NCBI RefSeq assembly: GCF_024711105.1
Contig: NZ_JANJTL010000139.1
Location: forward strand, 147 to 64,146
Reading direction: 5' to 3'
Source of the DNA: Brevundimonas sp.
GTDB taxonomy: Bacteria; Pseudomonadota; Alphaproteobacteria; Caulobacterales; Caulobacteraceae
DNA: 64,000 nucleotides
The translations under genes and the position numbers were made by a program. Shown one piece after another: positions 26,687-36,218 of this stretch. How positions within the stretch are numbered: the stretch's first letter is position 1; every line of letters starts with the position of its first letter. A model generated the notes under the pieces. It was given only the letters and a program-made list of their open reading frames with translations. It was not told the DNA's origin and did not search any database.

Positions 26687-29032
26687 TCAGGCCCGTTCCA
26701 CGAAGCTGTCGATCACGCGCTTCTCGCCGGCCTTGTCGAAGCTGACGGTCAGCTTGTTGCCCTCGATGGAGCGGACCTGGCCGTAGCCGAACTTCTGGTG
26801 GAAGACGCGGTCGCCACGGGAATAGGCCGAAGCGCCGACGGAGGCGGCGACGAGGCGGCCTTCGCCTTCGATGACGGCGTTTCGCGCCATACGTTCGCGT
26901 GGGGTGGAGGCGGGTTGGCGGGCGGTGAAGGCCTGGCCGCGGCGCCAGCCGGGCGAGGCGTAGCCGCCGGAGAAGATGGGCGCGTCGTCGAAGCGGGAGC
27001 GCGCCTCGGCTAGGTGCGGCGAGCCGCCGAAATAGCCGGTCTCCGACGAGGTCTCGACGTGGTCGAGCGGCAGTTCGTCGACGAAGCGGCTCGGCAGCTG
27101 GGTGGTCCAACGACCATAGACCAATCGGTTGGCGGCGAAGAAGACGCGGGCCTCCTCGCGCGCCCGGGTGACGCCGACGTAGGCGAGGCGGCGTTCTTCC
27201 TCGAGGCCCTTTTCGCCCTTCTCGTCGATAGAGCGCTGGGACGGGAAGACGCCTTCCTCCCAGCCGGGCAGGAAGACGACCGGGAACTCCAGCCCCTTGG
27301 CGGCGTGCAGCGTCATGACCTGGACGGCGTCCTCGCCCGAGCCCCGGTCGAGGTCCATGACCAGGGAGACGTGCTCCAGATAGGCGGTCAGGGTGTCGAA
27401 CTGGGCCATCGACTGGACCAGCTCCTTGAGGTTGTCGAGGCGGGTCTGACCGGTGGCGCGGTCGGCGCGCTGCATGTCGGTGTAGCCGCTCTCCTCCAGC
27501 ACGACCTCGGCGAGCTGAGCGTGGGGCGTGGTGGGCAGCATGTCGCGCCAGCGGTCGACGTCGCGGATGAAGTTGGCCAGCGAGGTGCGGGCCCGCGCCG
27601 TCAGCTCGTCGGTCAGGATCAGCTCGCGCGCGGCGGTCATCGCCGGCACGCCGCCGAGGCGGGCGATCTGCAGGATGCGCTGGACCGAGGTGTCGCCCAG
27701 GCCACGTTTCGGAGTGTTGACGATGCGTTCGAAGGCCAGGTCGTCGGCGTCCGACTGGATCAGTCGCATGTAGGCGTGGGCGTCGCGGATCTCGGCGCGC
27801 TCGAAGAAGCGGGGGCCGCCCACGACGCTGTAGGGGATGGCCAGCATCACGAAGCGCTCTTCGAAGGAGCGCATCTGGAAGGCTGCGCGGACCAGGATGG
27901 CCATGTCCTTGTAGCGGCGGCCGTCGCGGCGCAGGCGCTCGATCTCGTCGGCGATCAGCCGGCTTTCGGCCTCGCCGTCCCAGACGCCGGTCACGCGGAC
28001 CTTTTCGCCGCCCTGGGCCTCGGTCCACAGCGTCTTGCCCAGGCGGCCGCGGTTGGCGCTGATGAGGCCGGAGGCCGCGCCCAGGATATGCGAGGTCGAG
28101 CGGTAGTTGCGCTCCAGCCGGACGACCTTGGCGCCCGGGAAGTCGCGCTCGAAGCGCAGGATGTTGTCCACCTCGGCGCCGCGCCAGCCGTAGATCGACT
28201 GATCGTCGTCGCCGACCACGCAGATGTTGGCCGCGTGACCGTCGCGCGGGGCCGCCAGCAGGCGCAGCCAGAGGTACTGGGCGACGTTGGTGTCCTGGTA
28301 CTCGTCGACCAGGATGTAGCGGAAGCGGCGGTGATATTCCTCAAGCACGTCAGCGTGTTTGGAGAAGATCGTGAGATTGTGCAGCAACAGGTCGCCGAAG
28401 TCGCAGGCGTTCAGGGTGCGCAGCCGGTCCTGATAGAGGCGGTACAGCGTCTGGGCCTTGCCGTTGGCGAAGTCCTCGGTGGCCGGCAGGCGCTCGGGCG
28501 TCCAGCCGCGGTTCTTCCAGTGGTCGACAAGGCCGGCCAGGGCGCGCGGCGACCAGCGCTTGGTGTCGACGTTCTCTGCCTCCAGCACCTGTTTCAGCAG
28601 GCGCTCCTGGTCGTCGGTGTCGAGGATGGTGAAGCTGGACTTCAGCCCTACCAGTTCGGCGTGGCGGCGCAGGATCTGGGCCGCGATGGAGTGGAAGGTG
28701 CCGAGCCAGCGCAGGCCCTCGGCCGAGGGGCCGATAAGGTGGGTGATCCGCTCGCGCATCTCGCGCGCGGCCTTGTTGGTGAAGGTGACGGCCAGGAGGT
28801 CCCAGGGCCGCGCCTTGCCCATGGCCAGGATGTGCGCGAGCCGGGTGGTGAGCACGCGGGTCTTGCCCGTGCCGGCGCCGGCGAGGACCAGCACCGGGCC
28901 CTCGACCGCCTCGACGGCGGCGCACTGCTCGGGATTCAGGCCGTCCAGATAGTCGGCCGCGCGCGGCCCGTCGGCGCGGGCGAGATCGGAGACCTTGAGG
29001 GCAGGCGGCTGGGACACGTAGGCCTTGTGCAA
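26687..29032 (-). CDS. uvrD: UvrD/PcrA-type DNA helicase II
   Basis: 781 aa. Walker A LAGAGTGKT, motif II DEYQDTN, and SF1 helicase motifs throughout. Confidence 0.9.
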   Translation of the reverse strand: MHKAYVSQPPALKVSDLARADGPRAADYLDGLNPEQCAAVEAVEGPVLVLAGAGTGKTRVLTTRLAHILAMGKARPWDLLAVTFTNKAAREMRERITHLIGPSAEGLRWLGTFHSIAAQILRRHAELVGLKSSFTILDTDDQERLLKQVLEAENVDTKRWSPRALAGLVDHWKNRGWTPERLPATEDFANGKAQTLYRLYQDRLRTLNACDFGDLLLHNLTIFSKHADVLEEYHRRFRYILVDEYQDTNVAQYLWLRLLAAPRDGHAANICVVGDDDQSIYGWRGAEVDNILRFERDFPGAKVVRLERNYRSTSHILGAASGLISANRGRLGKTLWTEAQGGEKVRVTGVWDGEAESRLIADEIERLRRDGRRYKDMAILVRAAFQMRSFEERFVMLAIPYSVVGGPRFFERAEIRDAHAYMRLIQSDADDLAFERIVNTPKRGLGDTSVQRILQIARLGGVPAMTAARELILTDELTARARTSLANFIRDVDRWRDMLPTTPHAQLAEVVLEESGYTDMQRADRATGQTRLDNLKELVQSMAQFDTLTAYLEHVSLVMDLDRGSGEDAVQVMTLHAAKGLEFPVVFLPGWEEGVFPSQRSIDEKGEKGLEEERRLAYVGVTRAREEARVFFAANRLVYGRWTTQLPSRFVDELPLDHVETSSETGYFGGSPHLAEARSRFDDAPIFSGGYASPGWRRGQAFTARQPASTPRERMARNAVIEGEGRLVAASVGASAYSRGDRVFHQKFGYGQVRSIEGNKLTVSFDKAGEKRVIDSFVERA

Positions 29033-29104
29033 GCGGAGGCTGAATCAGGAGAACATAAGTAGCACACGCGCCCGGGCCAAGGCGTTAGCGCGCGCGGCCT
29101 GGGC

Positions 29105-29129
29105 GGAACCGCCAAGCCGAAGTCCCGTT
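29105..29129 (+). promoter_or_regulatory. EcfG/sigmaT-type general stress promoter (GGAAC-N16-CGTT)
   Basis: GGAAC at 29105-29109 and CGTT at 29126-29129, 32 nt upstream of ATG 29161. Confidence 0.55.
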
Positions 29130-29160
29130 CCGTCAAGCGAGACTGTGGAAGGCGGACACG

Positions 29161-29382
29161 ATGGCGCGACGCGGAAGCGTGAGTAACTGGACGGTGGTTC
29201 TGGGCGCGGCCCTGCTGCTGGCGGTGGCCGCCATCGTCTGCGTTCTGGCCAACCGGACTGTCGAACGGACCGAGGACGCGGACCTGACCGTGCCGCCCGT
29301 CGAACTGCCGGAGCCACCCATTCCGCCGGGGCCGACGCCGACCCCCGATCCGCCGACCGTGCCCGTTCCCGGACCGACCTAA
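29161..29382 (+). CDS. Small membrane-anchored Pro-rich protein (hypothetical)
   Basis: 73 aa with one TM (WTVVLGAALLLAVAAIVCVL) and a tail PPIPPGPTPTPDPPTVPVPGPT. GAAGG lies 8 nt upstream of the ATG. Confidence 0.45.
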   Translation: MARRGSVSNWTVVLGAALLLAVAAIVCVLANRTVERTEDADLTVPPVELPEPPIPPGPTPTPDPPTVPVPGPT

Positions 29383-30101
29383 CGCAGCCGATAGGTGATG
29401 GTCGTCACCACACGGATGCGCTTGTTGACCGAGGCGGTCTCATCGCCGTCGACGCTGGGGTCGCGGGGCAGGATTTCGAACGAGCCCTGAGTGGCCTGCT
29501 TGATGGGCCCCAAGCTGGTTCCGGAATCGCGGGCGAACTGCTCGGCGCCGGAGCGGGCGCTGGCCGTGGCCTCGGCGATCATCGAGGGGCGCACCTCGTT
29601 CAGGCCAGTGAAGAAGTAGGACGGTCCGCGGAAGTCCTGGAGCACCACGCCCTGACGGACCAGTTCGCCCAGCGCTCGGCTGGTGGCCTGGACGCGGGCG
29701 ACGTCGCTGGTCCGGACGACCACGGTCTGGGCGAGGATGAAGCGGGCGGTGACGTTGTCCGGCCGGTATTCGCGGGCCAGGACGTCGGTGACCTCCAGCC
29801 GGCCGAGGTCGATGTCCTCGGCGCGGTAGCCCTGGGCCTGCAGGAAGGCGCGGACGGTCGCCGTGTCGCGGTCGATCTGGGCCTGGACCTCGGACAGCAC
29901 GTCGCCCGATGCGGTGATCCGTAGAGGGAGAACAGCGATGTCGGCGAGCACGTCACGCTCGGCCAGGCCGCGCACCGTGACGGCCCGGTCGCCGACGCGG
30001 GCGTTGACCACGCCCTGTCCAATGAAGAAGCCGCCGATACCCAGTCCCAGCGCCAGCAGGACGCCCAGGACGATGGCCGAAAGAGTGAGCTTGTCATTCA
30101 T
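29379..30101 (-). CDS. SIMPL (DUF541) domain periplasmic protein
   Basis: 240 aa with an N-terminal TM/signal. Overall similarity to SIMPL/YggE-like proteins. Confidence 0.75.
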   Translation of the reverse strand: MNDKLTLSAIVLGVLLALGLGIGGFFIGQGVVNARVGDRAVTVRGLAERDVLADIAVLPLRITASGDVLSEVQAQIDRDTATVRAFLQAQGYRAEDIDLGRLEVTDVLAREYRPDNVTARFILAQTVVVRTSDVARVQATSRALGELVRQGVVLQDFRGPSYFFTGLNEVRPSMIAEATASARSGAEQFARDSGTSLGPIKQATQGSFEILPRDPSVDGDETASVNKRIRVVTTITYRLR

Positions 30102-30149
30102 GGCGACGCCTCCGCCTGGACGTTCACCATGAACCTTGGCCGTAGGGAG

Positions 30150-30359
30150 TCAATCGGGCTTCCACTCCAGCGCCGCCACGCGGCAGGCCGACGCGAGCGG
30201 TCGTTCGCCGCGGCCGGCGTCGAGGCCGGCGACGAGGGCGGCGAGGGACAGTCCGCGCGCGGCGGCCATGCGTTCGAGTACGGCCCAGAACTCAGGCTCC
30301 AGCGCCACCGAGGTGGCGTGGCCGGCCAGGGTGAGCGAGCGCTTGCGTAGTCCGTTCAT
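30150..30359 (-). CDS. Ribbon-helix-helix (RHH_4-like) small protein
   Basis: ATG 30359. KRSLTLAGHATSVALEPEFWAVLERMAAARGLSLAALVAGLD matches the RHH_4-type pattern. Confidence 0.6.
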   Translation of the reverse strand: MNGLRKRSLTLAGHATSVALEPEFWAVLERMAAARGLSLAALVAGLDAGRGERPLASACRVAALEWKPD

Positions 30360-30418
30360 TCTTGAAACTGACCCATGGTCGGCTAGTATGGCGCGGCTTT
30401 CGCCGGACGCCACGCCTG

Positions 30419-31180
30419 ATGACGACGCTCGATCCCGCCGCCGACCACACCTACGTCAACGGCGGCCGCCCGCTGGAGCCGCTGCGCGCCTTGCGCGCCT
30501 TTCGGCGGCTGATCGCGGACAAGGAAGACACCACCCAGGTCTTCGAGATCATGGAGGCCCTGACCGGCTCCTCGGTGCCGTGGGGGCTGAATCGGCTGCT
30601 GAAGACACCAGGCGGCGCTCGGCTGGCCTATGAGCGGATCGAGCTGAACGAGCGGCTGAACGACGCGGCGTGGCTGGACCAGTTCGCCGAGGGCACGGTG
30701 GGCGCGGCCTATCGCGAGTTCATGCGCGGCGAGGGGCTGTCGGCCGAGGGCCTGGCCATGCAGAGCCGCGAGGTCCGCAAGGAGATCGAGGCCAAGAACC
30801 TCTACGCCTGGTACGCGCGCCGGATGCGCGACGTGCATGACATCTGGCACGTCCTGACCGGCTACGGGCGCGATGCGCTGGGCGAGGCGTGCGTGGTCAG
30901 CTTCTCGCACGCCCAGACCAGGAGCCTGGGCTTCGCCTTCATCGGCTTCGGCGCGGCCCAGGAAATCCGGCGCGAGGCGCGGTCGGTCCCGGCGCGGCGC
31001 GCGGTGCTCGAGGCGTGGCGCCATGGCAAGTCGGCGGAATGGCTGCCGGCGCAGGACTACGAGGCCCTGTTCGCCGAGCCGCTGGACCAGGCGCGCAAGC
31101 GGCTCAAGATCCGCCGGCCGGCCGTCTATCGGTCGGTGCCGGCCGAGGTGCGGGCCGGGCTGAAGCTGCGCGCCGCCTGA
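30419..31180 (+). CDS. Coq4-family protein
   Basis: ATG 30419. HDIWHVLTGYGRDALGE matches the Coq4 HDxxH-(x)n-E motif. Confidence 0.7.
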   Translation: MTTLDPAADHTYVNGGRPLEPLRALRAFRRLIADKEDTTQVFEIMEALTGSSVPWGLNRLLKTPGGARLAYERIELNERLNDAAWLDQFAEGTVGAAYREFMRGEGLSAEGLAMQSREVRKEIEAKNLYAWYARRMRDVHDIWHVLTGYGRDALGEACVVSFSHAQTRSLGFAFIGFGAAQEIRREARSVPARRAVLEAWRHGKSAEWLPAQDYEALFAEPLDQARKRLKIRRPAVYRSVPAEVRAGLKLRAA

Positions 31181-31267
31181 AGCATTCCGGCGCAAGATGT
31201 GAGGCGCGGGCGCCCGGCCTGCGTGATAGTCGGCGCTTCCTCCCGAGCTTCACCGGATTCGCCTGAC

Positions 31268-32185
31268 GTGACCGCGCCCGTGATCCCCCCGCAGCGTCCG
31301 GTGGACGTGAAGGCGCTGTCGTCCGTCCTCATCTGCAGCGTCATCTGGGGCACGACCTGGTACGCGATCACGTTGCAGCTTCCGGCGGCCGACCCGGTGG
31401 CGTCGGTGACCTACCGGTTCGCGCTGGCCTCGCTGACGCTGTTCGTCTTCTGCCTGATGCGGGGCCACAAGATCGGCCTGACCCGGACCCAGCATCTGGC
31501 GGTGTTCGGCCAGGGGGTGCTGACCTTCTCGATCCAGTATTCCATGGTCTACGAGGCCGAGCGGCACGTGGCCTCGGCGGTGGTCGCGGTCATCTTCGCC
31601 GGCCTGGCCTTCGCCAATCTGGTCCTGTTCCGCCTACTGCTGGGGCAGAGAGCTTCGTGGCGCGCCTGGCTAGGCGCTGCGCTGGGCGTTCTGGGGGTGG
31701 CCGCGCTGTTCATCGCCGAGCTGAGGCGGACCGACGCCAGCCCCGAGGCCGTGTTCGGCCTGGTCATCGCACTCATCGCCATGGTCATCGCCGCGGCCGG
31801 CAACCTGGCCGCGTGGAAGGCGCAGAAGGAGGGCGCGCCGGTGCTGCCCGCCCTGGCCTGGGCCATGGGCTACGGCGCGGCGCTGGTGGCGATCTACGGC
31901 CTCGCGACGGGGATCGAATGGTCATTCGATCCGACGCTCAGCTACATCGGCTCCCTGCTCTATCTGTCACTGTTCGGCTCGGTGATCGCCTTCGCCCTCT
32001 ACTTCGCCCTGGCGCGGGCGAAGGGATACGCGCTGGCGTCCTACATCTCGGCGCTCACTCCGCCGGTGGCGATGCTGGTCTCGGTCGTGTTCGAGGGAGC
32101 CCGCTTCGGCTGGGAAGCGGCGCTGGGCCTGCTGCTGGTGCTGGCGGGGCAGATCCTGCTGATCCGGGCGCCGAAGACGGCCTAG
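31268..32185 (+). CDS. DMT-superfamily (EamA) transporter
   Basis: About 10 TM. SVLICSVIWGTTWYAI is typical of EamA. The start is GTG 31268, or GTG 31199 as in the track. Confidence 0.75.
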   Translation: MTAPVIPPQRPVDVKALSSVLICSVIWGTTWYAITLQLPAADPVASVTYRFALASLTLFVFCLMRGHKIGLTRTQHLAVFGQGVLTFSIQYSMVYEAERHVASAVVAVIFAGLAFANLVLFRLLLGQRASWRAWLGAALGVLGVAALFIAELRRTDASPEAVFGLVIALIAMVIAAAGNLAAWKAQKEGAPVLPALAWAMGYGAALVAIYGLATGIEWSFDPTLSYIGSLLYLSLFGSVIAFALYFALARAKGYALASYISALTPPVAMLVSVVFEGARFGWEAALGLLLVLAGQILLIRAPKTA

Positions 32186-32330
32186 ACTCCCCCGGGCGTT
32201 CGAGCCGTCCCACCCCCTAGTCGCCCCGGACACGGTGTCATCATCAGCGCATAGCCACTCCGCCAGGATTGGGGCATCATGTTTGGTGAGACCGCCCGGC
32301 AGGCAGCCGAGGCGGCGTCGGGGACAAATC

Positions 32331-32582
32331 ATGACCGCCAACTTTGTCAAGCTCACCCATCTCGAGTCGATCGCCGGGACCAATCAGCCAGTGTTGGTGG
32401 CGCTCGACCGCATCCTGTATATCGAGCGCGACATCGACGGGTCGCTGATCTGGCTGAGCAACGGAGCCGGCCAGCCAGTCCAGGTGCGCGTCCGAGAGAG
32501 GCCCCTGGTCGTGGCCGAACGGCTCGGCCTCTCCACCGTTCCGGCGGCTCTGACGAAACCGACTTCCAGTAGGAGCCGCTGA
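32331..32582 (+). CDS. Hypothetical 83-aa protein
   Basis: Starts at ATG 32331 within track ORF 32235..32582. I recognise no family. GC3 looks coding-like. Confidence 0.35.
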   Translation: MTANFVKLTHLESIAGTNQPVLVALDRILYIERDIDGSLIWLSNGAGQPVQVRVRERPLVVAERLGLSTVPAALTKPTSSRSR

Positions 32583-32795
32583 TTAGTCCTGGCTCGGCGG
32601 ATCGTCGCCGAGCCGGCCCTGGCCGTCCCGGCGCGCGCCATTCAATTGGCGCGTCTGGCGCTCAGCTTCCAGGCGAGCTTGATCGCGCGCGGCCTTGGAA
32701 CGCCCGTGCGCGGCGCGGTTCTCGGCGGCCATGACCTTGCCGGCGACCCGATCGCGCTGCTTGCGGGCGCGGTTCAGATTGATGATCTCGGCCAT
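32583..32795 (-). CDS. DUF4169-like small basic protein
   Basis: MAEIINLNRARKQRDRVAGKVMAAENRAAHGRSKAARD matches the DUF4169 pattern. Confidence 0.6.
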   Translation of the reverse strand: MAEIINLNRARKQRDRVAGKVMAAENRAAHGRSKAARDQARLEAERQTRQLNGARRDGQGRLGDDPPSQD

Positions 32796-32829
32796 GGCCT
32801 CAGCCTAGCGCAGAGGACGCCATCTGTCC

Positions 32830-32855
32830 GGAACGAATGGAGCGGCGTCGCCGTT
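32830..32855 (+). promoter_or_regulatory. EcfG/sigmaT-type general stress promoter (GGAAC-N17-CGTT)
   Basis: GGAAC at 32830-32834 and CGTT at 32852-32855, 36 nt upstream of TTG 32892. Confidence 0.55.
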
Positions 32856-32891
32856 TTCGGTGACGAGCAATCCCAACGTCTGGAGGCCGCC

Positions 32892-33125
32892 TTGGTCGTC
32901 ACCGAATTCATCCGCGAACACATGGACGTCATCGCCTCGGACGGTCACCGCGTCGGCCGTGTCGACCACGTCAAGGACGGCCAGATCGAATTGGCCAAGA
33001 TGGACCTGGAGACGGGGTTCAAGCACCGGATGATTCCGGTGAGCTGGGTCGATCACATCGACGAACACGTCCACCTCAACCTCACCGAGGACGAGGCCAA
33101 GGAACGCTGGCAGGACAAGCAGTAA
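32892..33125 (+). CDS. DUF2171-like small protein
   Basis: TTG 32892 has GGAGG 5 nt upstream. IREHMDVIASDGHRVGRVDHVKDGQIELAK matches the DUF2171 pattern. Confidence 0.65.
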   Translation: MVVTEFIREHMDVIASDGHRVGRVDHVKDGQIELAKMDLETGFKHRMIPVSWVDHIDEHVHLNLTEDEAKERWQDKQ

Positions 33126-33173
33126 GCGGCTTAGCCCCTTTCCGGCCACGGGCGCCTCGCGCATAAGTCGGGC

Positions 33174-33938
33174 ATGACCTTATCGCCCGTGGACTACGAC
33201 GATCGCCAGCATGTCGGCTATGCGCGGGGCCGCCGGATGCCGGACGCCGCACGCGAACTGTGGATGCGGACGTTCGCCGAGCATGCGCCGCCGCAACGGC
33301 CGCTTGATGTGCTCGACCTGGGTTCGGGCGTCGGGCGGCTGACCCCCGCGCTGGCGCAGACCTTCGGGAGCGCGACGGGGGTCGAGCCCTCCGACCGGAT
33401 GCGCGCCGTCGCCGAGGTGGAGGCGGCGCATCCGGGTGTCCGTTACCTGGCCGGGCAGGCCGAGGCGATCCCGCTGGCCGATGACAGCGTGGACCTCGTC
33501 CTGATGATGCTGTCCTACCAGCACGTCCGTGACCGGGCCGCCGCCGCGCGCGAGATTGACCGAGTGCTGAGGCCGGGAGGCCGGCTGTTCATCCGCGGGG
33601 TCTTCAGCGACCGGATGCCTGACATCGACTGGCACCGTTACTTCCCGCGCGCCCGCGACATCGAACTGACGATGTTCCCCACGACTTCGGAAGTCGAGGC
33701 GGCCTTCGCGCCCGTCGGGTTGAAGCCGATCCAGATGGTGCGCGTGCGCGAGCCGATGTCGGCCAGCCTGGCCGAGACCGCCGAGCGCCTGAGCCACCGC
33801 GCCATCTCCACCTTCGAACACCTGACCGAGGCCGAGATCGAGGAAGGCTTCGAGCGCCTCGGCGCCGCCGTCGCCGCCGAGACCACGCCGGTCCCCAGCT
33901 ATAACGACAGCGACCTCATGGTGCTGGCGAGGGCCTAG
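33174..33938 (+). CDS. Class I SAM-dependent methyltransferase
   Basis: Motif [12 protein letters not shown] and post-I/II motifs ([13 protein letters not shown]). Confidence 0.8.
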   Translation: MTLSPVDYDDRQHVGYARGRRMPDAARELWMRTFAEHAPPQRPLDVLDLGSGVGRLTPALAQTFGSATGVEPSDRMRAVAEVEAAHPGVRYLAGQAEAIPLADDSVDLVLMMLSYQHVRDRAAAAREIDRVLRPGGRLFIRGVFSDRMPDIDWHRYFPRARDIELTMFPTTSEVEAAFAPVGLKPIQMVRVREPMSASLAETAERLSHRAISTFEHLTEAEIEEGFERLGAAVAAETTPVPSYNDSDLMVLARA

Positions 33939-35329
33939 GACGGACCGATCATCTTCTCCGGGCGCACCGCCTCGTCGAACTCGGCGTCGGTGAGGTAGCC
34001 GCCGCCGACGGCCTCTTCGCGCAGGGTGGTGCCATTCTTGTGGGCGGTCTTGGCGATCTTGGCGCAAGCGTCGTAGCCGAGCTTGCCGTTCAGCGCGGTG
34101 ACCAGCATCAGCGAGTTCTCGAGACCGCGCCTGATGTTGTCCTCGCGCGGCTCGATGCCGACGACGCAGTTGTCGGTGAAGCTGACCGCCGCGTCGGCCA
34201 GCAGGCGCACCGACTGCAGGAAGTTGTAGGCCATCACCGGATTGAAGACGTTCAGCTCGAAGTGCCCCTGGCTGCCCGCGAAGGTGACGGCGGCGTGGTT
34301 GCCGAACACCTGGACGCAGACCTGGGTCAGGGCTTCGGACTGGGTCGGATTGACCTTGCCCGGCATGATCGACGAGCCCGGCTCGTTCTCGGGCAGGGCC
34401 AGCTCGCCCAGGCCGGAGCGGGGCCCCGAGCCGAGGAAGCGGATGTCGTTGGCGATCTTGAACAGGCTGGCGGCGACCGTGTTGATCGCGCCGTGGCTGA
34501 AGACCATGGCGTCGTGGGCGGCCAGGGCCTCGAACTTGTTCGGGGCAGTCTTGAAGGGCAGGCCGGTGATCTGGGCGATCTTGTCGGCGACGCCCTCAGC
34601 GAAGCCGATGGGGGCGTTCAGGCCGGTGCCGACGGCGGTGCCGCCCTGGGCCAGCTCCATCAGGCGGGGCAGGGTCTGTTCGATGCGTTCGATGCCGTAG
34701 CGCACCTGGGCGGCATAGCCCGAGAACTCCTGGCCCAGCGTCAGCGGCGTGGCGTCCTGGGTGTGGGTCCGGCCGATCTTGATGATGTGCTTCCAGGCCT
34801 CGGCCTTGTCGTTGAGAGCATTGCCGAGCTTGCTCAGCGCCGGCAGCAGGCGATGGACGATCTCCTCCGCGCAGGCCACGTGCATGGCCGTCGGATAGGT
34901 GTCGTTCGACGACTGGCTCATGTTGACGTGGTCGTTCGGGTGGACCGGCGACTTGGAGCCCATCTCGCCGCCCAGGATCTCGATGGCGCGGTTCGAGATC
35001 ACCTCATTGGCGTTCATGTTCGACTGGGTGCCTGAGCCCGTCTGCCAGACGACCAGCGGGAAGTGGTCGTTGAGCTTGCCCTCGATGACCTCGTCGGCGG
35101 CCTTGATGATGGCCTGGCCGATGGACGGGTCGAGTCGGCCCAGCGCCATGTTGGTCTCCGCCGCGGCGCGCTTGACGACGCCCAGCGCGCGCACGATCGG
35201 CAGGGGCTGCTTCTCCCAGCCGATCTTGAAGTTGCCGAGCGACCGCTGCGCCTGGGCGCCCCAGTAGCGGGAGGCGTCCACCTCGATGGGGCCAAAGGTG
35301 TCGGTCTCGGTGCGGGTGGTGCGGGTCAT
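33935..35329 (-). CDS. fumC: Class II fumarate hydratase
   Basis: 464 aa with the [11 protein letters not shown] signature. Confidence 0.95.
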   Translation of the reverse strand: MTRTTRTETDTFGPIEVDASRYWGAQAQRSLGNFKIGWEKQPLPIVRALGVVKRAAAETNMALGRLDPSIGQAIIKAADEVIEGKLNDHFPLVVWQTGSGTQSNMNANEVISNRAIEILGGEMGSKSPVHPNDHVNMSQSSNDTYPTAMHVACAEEIVHRLLPALSKLGNALNDKAEAWKHIIKIGRTHTQDATPLTLGQEFSGYAAQVRYGIERIEQTLPRLMELAQGGTAVGTGLNAPIGFAEGVADKIAQITGLPFKTAPNKFEALAAHDAMVFSHGAINTVAASLFKIANDIRFLGSGPRSGLGELALPENEPGSSIMPGKVNPTQSEALTQVCVQVFGNHAAVTFAGSQGHFELNVFNPVMAYNFLQSVRLLADAAVSFTDNCVVGIEPREDNIRRGLENSLMLVTALNGKLGYDACAKIAKTAHKNGTTLREEAVGGGYLTDAEFDEAVRPEKMIGPS

Positions 35330-35399
35330 GTCAGGCCGGAAGCTGGCGGGAGGTCGGCGCGGGGTGTAGCACGCGGGCCAAGTCAGACAAGGCGCGCGC

Positions 35400-35771
35400 G
35401 TGGATCAGGGCTGGACGGGATCGGGCAAGGTGCGGGCGCGCGAGCGCGGCGGCGTCTTCGAGCTGACCGTCGACGGGCTCACCACCCAGCCGAAGTACTA
35501 CAAGGTCCTGCTCTACGAGTTCTTCCGCAAGGACTGGCGCGGCTCACGGCCCGGCTGGGGCGACCACTCGGTCGAGATCGTCATGGAGCACATCGGCGAG
35601 CCCCCGCACATCGACCTCGACAACATCGCCAAGGCGGTGCTGGACGGGGTCAAGAAGCATGTCTTCCACGACGACGCCCAGGTGGCGCGCCTCCTGGTCG
35701 AGCGCCGGGAAGGGGAGCGCGAGCGGCTGACGGTGACGATCCGGAAGCTGGATCAGGGCGCGGCTGGGTAG
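35400..35771 (+). CDS. rusA: RusA-family Holliday junction resolvase
   Basis: 123 aa with a GTG start. Contains the catalytic-type motif [15 protein letters not shown]...HDDAQV. Confidence 0.7.
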   Translation: MDQGWTGSGKVRARERGGVFELTVDGLTTQPKYYKVLLYEFFRKDWRGSRPGWGDHSVEIVMEHIGEPPHIDLDNIAKAVLDGVKKHVFHDDAQVARLLVERREGERERLTVTIRKLDQGAAG

Positions 35772-36151
35772 CGCTCGAACGCCGGCAGCTCGTGCGCGTG
35801 GGCCATCCAGCCGATGCGTTCGGCGACCTGGACCTGGAGGCCGAGCGGGATGATGTCGGGGTCGTCGAGGGTGGCGGTCTGGACGTCGATCATGCCGGGG
35901 AAGACGACCTCATTGGTGTAGAAGAGGCTGGAGCCGCACTGGCCGCAGAAGTGCCGACGGGCGTGTTCCGAAGAGGCGTAGACCTTGGCGTCGCCCTGGA
36001 TGGTGACCGCGTCCTTCGGGGCCAGAGCCCAGGCGACCGTGGGCGCACCGGTGGCGCGGCGACAGTCCGAGCAATGGCACAGCGCGTGATAGATCGGCTC
36101 GGCCGGCATTTCGTAGCGGATCGCTCCGCAATGGCACTGTCCGGTGGGCAT
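35753..36151 (-). CDS. GFA/CENP-V family zinc protein
   Basis: CHCGAIRYE and CHCSDCRR cysteine motifs. The 3' end overlaps the rusA 3' end by 19 nt. Confidence 0.8.
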   Translation of the reverse strand: MPTGQCHCGAIRYEMPAEPIYHALCHCSDCRRATGAPTVAWALAPKDAVTIQGDAKVYASSEHARRHFCGQCGSSLFYTNEVVFPGMIDVQTATLDDPDIIPLGLQVQVAERIGWMAHAHELPAFERYPAAP

Positions 36152-36176
36152 GGCGCGCTCCTCTCCTGGGGCAGAT

Positions 36177-36191
36177 GTTCCTTATATGTTC
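36177..36191 (-). promoter_or_regulatory. Alphaproteobacterial LexA (SOS) box GTTC-N7-GTTC
   Basis: GTTCcttatatGTTC lies 26 nt upstream of the GFA-family start codon (36151). Confidence 0.4.
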
Positions 36192-36218
36192 CGCTCGGCC
36201 CCGACTAGTGGGAAGTGA

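Noticed and set aside
27014-29062. 682-aa ORF on the plus strand
   Set aside because: Antisense to the uvrD helicase gene, which has all SF1 motifs. It is a shadow ORF.
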